Position numbers and translations under genes: made by a program. DNA of 64,000 bases from an uncultured virus (IMG/VR IMGVR_UViG_2912869438_000005). Its lineage: Duplodnaviria > Heunggongvirae > Uroviricota > Caudoviricetes. Under the pieces are notes generated by a model. That model did no database searches, was not told the DNA's origin, and was given only the letters and a program-made list of their open reading frames with translations. Where the stretch lies: the IMG/VR virus record IMGVR_UViG_2912869438_000005, positions 1 through 64,000 of that record; one strand, 5' to 3'. Below are positions 61,964-64,000 of this stretch, piece by piece; position 1 is the stretch's first letter, and each line of letters begins with the position of its first letter.

Positions 61964-61992
61964 TTGACTATTTAAAATAGTCGAATTATAAT
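61964..61992 (+). promoter_or_regulatory. sigmaA promoter with operator (61965-61983)
   Basis: TTGACT-N17-TATAAT; TGACTAT-TTAAA-ATAGTCG. Confidence 0.8.
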
Positions 61993-62032
61993 TGAATTAT
62001 AAGATAGAACAGATTAAAAATACTGGAGGTAA

Positions 62033-62257
62033 ATGAATTTTGCTGAACAAGTTGAGGAATTGAATAATGAGGAACTAAGAGAAGCATTTTTTGAAATTCA
62101 AGAGTTTCGAAAGACAGGAGTTTTAAAGATTGATGGAATATATAGAAGAGTGGTTGAAGAATATGAAAAAGAGACTGGGCAAGAAATTTTTTCTCCACCA
62201 AGCATGAGAGAATTTTTCTTATTCGAGATGGCAAAAAGAGCATATATGAAAGAGTGA
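62033..62257 (+). CDS. hypothetical protein, resembles 63120-63347
   Basis: F.EI.E....GVL..G..R and EMA.R patterns in both. Confidence 0.65.
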   Translation: MNFAEQVEELNNEELREAFFEIQEFRKTGVLKIDGIYRRVVEEYEKETGQEIFSPPSMREFFLFEMAKRAYMKE

Positions 62258-62466
62258 TAGGAATAAAACGCATTTAGCTATGAAGAAAATAAGTACAAGA
62301 ATTCTTAGAGGGAAAGGGAAAAAAAATACCGAAATATAAAATTTACTACGGAGTAGGCGGAACAATTAACGACATCACAAAAGATAATGAAGCTTATGTT
62401 TGATTTTGATTTTGTTGATCTAATAGAGAAAGAATCAAGCAATGAACAGGATTTAAAGGCTCTATT

Positions 62467-62742
62467 ATGAGATGGAGGGAAAATGTAATGACAAATCAAT
62501 TTAATAAATCATTTACAGAGGCATTGGAAGAACTGGTAAGCGGCAAAGCAGTCTTTGCTCAGGGAGAATTCTTTGAAAAGGGTCTTTATCTTGAGTTTGA
62601 TAAAACAGGAGTATTACAAGAAGTAGACGCAAAAGGGACTTTTCGAAAAAGAATAAATGCGATTATTTCTACAGGGATGCTCAAACAAAAATATAAAACG
62701 TTTAAAGTTGCAAATAAACAAGAAATTGGATTAAAGGACTAA
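62467..62742 (+). CDS. hypothetical protein (probable start 62488)
   Basis: GGAGG RBS. Confidence 0.6.
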   Translation: MRWRENVMTNQFNKSFTEALEELVSGKAVFAQGEFFEKGLYLEFDKTGVLQEVDAKGTFRKRINAIISTGMLKQKYKTFKVANKQEIGLKD

Positions 62743-62746
62743 AAGG

Positions 62747-63076
62747 GTGATTATGATGACAACAAAAGAAAGAGAAGTTGTATTGAATTTATTGAAACGC
62801 AAAGGATTTGCTTTAAAGACATATGAAGATCAAGGACTTACATTTTATACAGTTACATATAGTGATACTGGGATTGTAAAAGGATTCATTGACAAGTTTT
62901 ATGAACCATTAGAAGAGGAAGAGGACTTTGACTGTACAGGTATTGAATTCGTTGTTGAGATCCAAGACGATTTTGAATCCCCTCAATGGTGCTTTACAAA
63001 TGGACTAGAAAAACATCATATTTTCGATAGCGTGAGTGAATTTGTCAAGTTCGTTGAAGAGCTGCCGAATATCTGA
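62747..63076 (+). CDS. hypothetical acidic protein
   Basis: 109 aa, in the operon. Confidence 0.65.
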   Translation: MIMMTTKEREVVLNLLKRKGFALKTYEDQGLTFYTVTYSDTGIVKGFIDKFYEPLEEEEDFDCTGIEFVVEIQDDFESPQWCFTNGLEKHHIFDSVSEFVKFVEELPNI

Positions 63077-63119
63077 ATGAAATTATACTTTAAAATAAAT
63101 TAAAAAACAAGGAAAAGGA

Positions 63120-63347
63120 TTGAGGGAAATGAATAACTTAGAACAACATTTGAAAGAGCAAACAGATGCCTTTCTAATCGATTGCTTTAATGAAATTGAG
63201 GAATGGGGAAAATCTAGAGTCTTGGGGCAGGGGAAGGTCAGAAATCTGTATGAGTCGTTTAATTTGAATATTACTCAACTTCACATGATTAGTCAGGTTA
63301 TTTACAAGGAAATGGCATCACGGTTTGTTGAAAGCAAAGTGGATTGA
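63120..63347 (+). CDS. hypothetical protein
   Basis: 75 aa, RBS. Confidence 0.6.
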   Translation: MREMNNLEQHLKEQTDAFLIDCFNEIEEWGKSRVLGQGKVRNLYESFNLNITQLHMISQVIYKEMASRFVESKVD

Positions 63348-63401
63348 AGATAGGCGAACATAAAAAGAGAAAGGAGGGTATGACAATGCCAGTATGGAGA
63401 C

Positions 63402-63707
63402 ATGAGATTACCGATTAAACAATGCTTAACAAATGAAGAGTCGGATCACGCTGTGCTTCAATTTGTAACAAACACACTTCCTAAATTGAAATTCATTTTA
63501 AGAAGAGAAGAAAGACGAATTGAAAAAGGAAGCGTCCATGCCCTTGATTGGCTTATTGAAAATGGTGGAGATCCTGCAGAATTTGATTTTGATAACTGGG
63601 TTGACGCTTTAAACGAATACCTTAATTGCCTGTATGATATTGGTGACACGGTAACACTTTCTAGAGACTCAAGAGTTAACGATGAGAAATTTTTGTGGAT
63701 TTCCTAA
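63402..63707 (+). CDS. hypothetical protein (may start at 63381)
   Basis: AAGGAGGG RBS upstream. Confidence 0.6.
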   Translation: MRLPIKQCLTNEESDHAVLQFVTNTLPKLKFILRREERRIEKGSVHALDWLIENGGDPAEFDFDNWVDALNEYLNCLYDIGDTVTLSRDSRVNDEKFLWIS

Positions 63708-63731
63708 TTTTAATAAAGGATGATAAATCAA

Positions 63732-64000
63732 ATGGATAACAGCTCAACTTCAGTCAGATCTTTAATTTTTAGCACGCATATCGAAAGATTGAAAGAGTTG
63801 CTGTTTAAACTGCATGATGGATCAATTACAAAAGAAGAGCTCCGGGAATTATCCAAGATCCATTTAGAGTGTATGGAAATGACCGCGCATGTGGTTGGGG
63901 AAGCAAACGAATTTCTTTTAAAGTCTGATTTGCTTCCTGAAGACGATGCTAAAGAAATAAATGAGCTGCTACATAAGATCAAGGAAAGCAAAAAGGAAAA
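63732..64000 (+). CDS. hypothetical protein, truncated by the window end
   Basis: AAGGA RBS; MDNSSTSVRSL.. stays open to the end. Confidence 0.6.
   Translation, partial: MDNSSTSVRSLIFSTHIERLKELLFKLHDGSITKEELRELSKIHLECMEMTAHVVGEANEFLLKSDLLPEDDAKEINELLHKIKESKKE

Larger units (their letters stand above)
1..64000. mobile_element. SPbeta-like temperate phage/prophage segment (lysis, tail, head, YonO polymerase and early region)
   Basis: Gene order and proteins match the SPbeta yom/yon modules; no host housekeeping genes seen. Confidence 0.95.

Noticed and set aside
478..63991. Many short antisense or alternate-frame ORFs in the track (e.g. 478-714, 33179-33625, 53197-53490, 63728-63991)
   Set aside because: They are shadows of longer, better-supported genes

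Overview
The whole window is part of an SPbeta-like (Spbetavirus) temperate phage or prophage of a Bacillus subtilis-group host. No host genes or att site are visible, so its integration state cannot be told from this window. Bases 1-48.9 kb are mostly on the minus strand and carry lysis, tail, head and packaging genes (yom/yon-like), HU and a YonO-type single-subunit RNA polymerase. Accessory cassettes sit at 16-24 kb, 40-41 kb and 49-51.6 kb. Bases 52.4-64 kb are plus-strand small genes behind sigmaA promoters that share a 19-bp operator. Features missed by the ORF track: (1) three ORF-less group I introns in the tape-measure gene cwlP/yomI, around a 32-nt micro-exon, whose removal restores a 2218-aa frame, with a free-standing Vsr-like zinc-finger endonuclease upstream; (2) an RNA-rich island at 42.6-44.2 kb with a degenerate tRNA-Trp(CCA), a DIP1984-like gene, a ~200-nt structured RNA with 7-nt periodic repeats, and a C/U-loop cloverleaf; (3) a pistol ribozyme at 59.4 kb; (4) a GIY-YIG nuclease fused to a paralog of the adjacent helicase C-terminal domain; (5) two secreted toxin/immunity modules and a yonT/SR6-like type I toxin-antitoxin system. 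Several single-base homopolymer frameshifts may be sequencing errors. SPbeta gene names come from recalled similarity and synteny, not a database search.
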